Of a DNA stretch of 64,000 nt, positions 61,657 to 64,000 are shown piece after piece. Where the stretch lies: the NCBI GenBank assembly GCA_013265495.1, contig MU058384.1, positions 743,622-807,621 of the forward strand, in the 5' to 3' direction. The translations under genes and the position numbers were made by a program. Within the stretch, counting starts at the first letter, position 1; each line of letters begins with the position of its first letter. This stretch comes from Vicugna vicugna (taxonomy: Eukaryota). The notes under the pieces were generated by a model that saw only the letters and a program-made list of their open reading frames with translations, was not told the DNA's origin and did not search any database.

Positions 61657-64000
61657 TTTAATTTTACCAAATTTCTGTTCTTTTAACTTGCTTTGAATTC
61701 TGGGATTGCTCCTCCATGCCTTATTTCACACAAGGTGCATGTGTAGCCTCAGAACTTGAGAATTTCTATCATTTTTGATAATACATTACATCTAATTAAC
61801 TGGAAAATGTGCAGAATATACTACAATACCAAACTGCCCTTTTTGACAACAATCTTAGAAATATAGACTCATATATCATGATAGAGTTTGAGCAGAAATG
61901 AATTACTTTGTAAACACAGGTTGTAGATGATAATCAGATTTTTAATTTGTTAATTCAGTTTTGATATAATATAGGATCATTGCATATATTAAGGTATATG
62001 GCACAATGTATATAAAAATTCTTTGGAAGAAATGCTAGCATTTTCACTTTTACCCAAGTAATCTGTCCCATAATCTATAGTACCACTGTGAAGTGACAAT
62101 CTATTTAACCAATATGGAATCTAAATTCTAATGAAGTTAAATTAATTATAAATAAAATAAAAATAGGACATTCTTCTCTGCATTAATTTTGATTGGAAAG
62201 CCTATGTTGTGTCATTCATGCATCGTTATTAATCATTTATTGAGTATTGATAGAGTGAATATCACTCATCATTTGTTTTAGAATTCATTGAAATTAGCTG
62301 TTTTAAAAAATATATTTTATATATGAATATATATATATTTAAAGACTTTACAGTTTATTGAGAAGAGGAAGAAAACAATGAAAATGTAACATAAATAGGA
62401 TTATAAGTTGTAGAGCCCCACCTGCTACTTTTTGTGTTGACATTTCCAGAAAATTGAAATCAAAGCAGATAAACTATACAATGACAAAATTGTCTCAGTG
62501 TATGTCACACAGATATTCCAGCAATCTTTATTAGATGAATGAATTGCTTTTTAATTAATTAATGAATAATTTCAATTATTCTGCAAGTCCTATGCTTATT
62601 TTTCCTCCTCAAACCAACCTTTTCTTCAAATATTTAAGATATATTTAGTTTACTTTGGATTGTGTAACTATTGGGAAATGACCTAAGTAGATATTTCCTG
62701 TGTAAAACAGTAAAGTTCTTATTTTAATTTGGATCTAACTTGGGCTATAAAGAACATTTGAATCTGGAGAAATCTTAAATGACTTGGCATTTTATATATA
62801 TTTTTTTACCCTAATAGGACTATGGAAATGAGAAAGTGCCAAAGAGTGGGTCTAAAAGAAGAAATCACTACACTTATTATTCCTAGAGATTTACTTGTTA
62901 GTTTTGCAAATATTATTGAATTTTCTGAATTTATTTTGATAATCTTAAAATATATATAAGCATATCACAGATTGTGTGCATTGTCAACTTATGACCATGT
63001 TCTGCTGCTTTATTGCAGTTCTAGAGTTTACATTTGCATTGGCCCCAAGTAAAGGACAAATTACCTCATGGCAAGCTGTGTAAATAAAGCTTTTACAGTC
63101 ATTTACATAAGGACCAGTAGTGGGGAAATTAAGTCATCAAATAGTGCATGGTCTTTGAACTCCGCGGAAGTCGATAGACCTGTACTGTAGCCATCAATAT
63201 CATAATCATTTCACTAGCAGATGTGTTGTTAGATTTAATTTTTACACACGTAATTATGATAATATATGATAAAGGACTTCACACTGCAATTTTTATTATG
63301 TTTTATTAAATCCAATTGAATTCATTGGATTTTCAAAATAATTCCCTGATAGTTAAAATTATTAGTTTTTTTAAAGGCCAAAAAAAGAGAATGATACAAT
63401 TATAACTCAAATAATGGTCCAACATGCACAAAATAGGATAAGAAAAGTGAAAAAGTATTATTTTATAATTTTAAATTCATCAGACTTGTATTTTCTTAAA
63501 AAAAAATCCTAAAATGTATACCATGTTAAATTAATGTTGTTAACTTGAAATTTATTGGTTTGGTGGGAAGTTTAGTATTTTATTTGAGAGTGTGGTTTAA
63601 TAGAGTTTCAGAGCTACAGGTAAAATAAATTTTGTTTATACATATTTAGGTACTATTATAAAAGTTAATGACACTTGGAATTGAAAGCCCTTGGCTTTGT
63701 ATTTGTTTTTACCTGAAAGGGCTCATAGATTAGTAACATCAAAAAAAGAAAGAAAATTAGGAAGGAGAGTCCTAATTATTTTTGCCTTTCAATATAGACC
63801 AATGTTTGCTATTTTGATTATCTGATGTTTCTCTTTTTTTCACAATCAGTAGCAATAAAAGCCCATAAATGTTTATAACATATGTGTATGCTCATTACAG
63901 GGAAAACAGAAAATCAGAGGAAACGATATTTTATTCTCTCTGCAAGAGGTTTAAGGGAACCCGGTAGGTAGGACGGATGGTATCAGTAGAAGTGGCTGAA

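Noticed and set aside
1..64000. CRISPR array, tRNA/rRNA/snRNA genes, CpG island, processed pseudogene or non-retroviral viral insert
   Set aside because: I saw no regularly spaced repeat-spacer array, recognisable structural RNA, CpG-dense segment or mRNA-like poly-A/TSD-bounded insert. Highly decayed examples cannot be excluded without Infernal or tBLASTn searches.

Overview
This is AT-rich, CpG-depleted mammalian genomic DNA, either intergenic or deep inside a large intron. I find no CpG island, no recognisable host protein-coding gene, no structural RNA gene and no CRISPR or other prokaryotic system. A large share of the window is decayed transposable elements: nested old L1M-type LINE-1 pieces on both strands, MaLR (MLT1) solo LTRs (several with readable 5-bp target-site duplications), one ERVL-like solo LTR, hAT DNA-transposon relics (MER58A, MER5-like, MER91-like), and MIR and L2 fragments. 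Four younger 5'-truncated L1 3' ends resemble cetartiodactyl L1 tails. Together with the absence of any Alu, B1/B2, Bov-tA/BovB, PRE1 or Can-SINE that I can recognise, this suggests a camelid (inference). ORFs in the supplied track are either L1 ORF2 remnants or chance ORFs. The clearest anomaly is a perfect 408-bp tandem duplication at 60834-61656 (period 415), which is either very recent or an assembly artefact. Other points of interest are a fold-back micro-inversion at an L1 5' junction, a consensus DR5 retinoic-acid response element, a pair of minus-strand micro-exon candidates inside a MEF2/AP-1/E-box motif cluster, and several promoter- or enhancer-like unique islands. I do not see evidence for a previously undescribed biological system. 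Repeat family names come from visual recall of consensus sequences, and boundaries of old elements are approximate.
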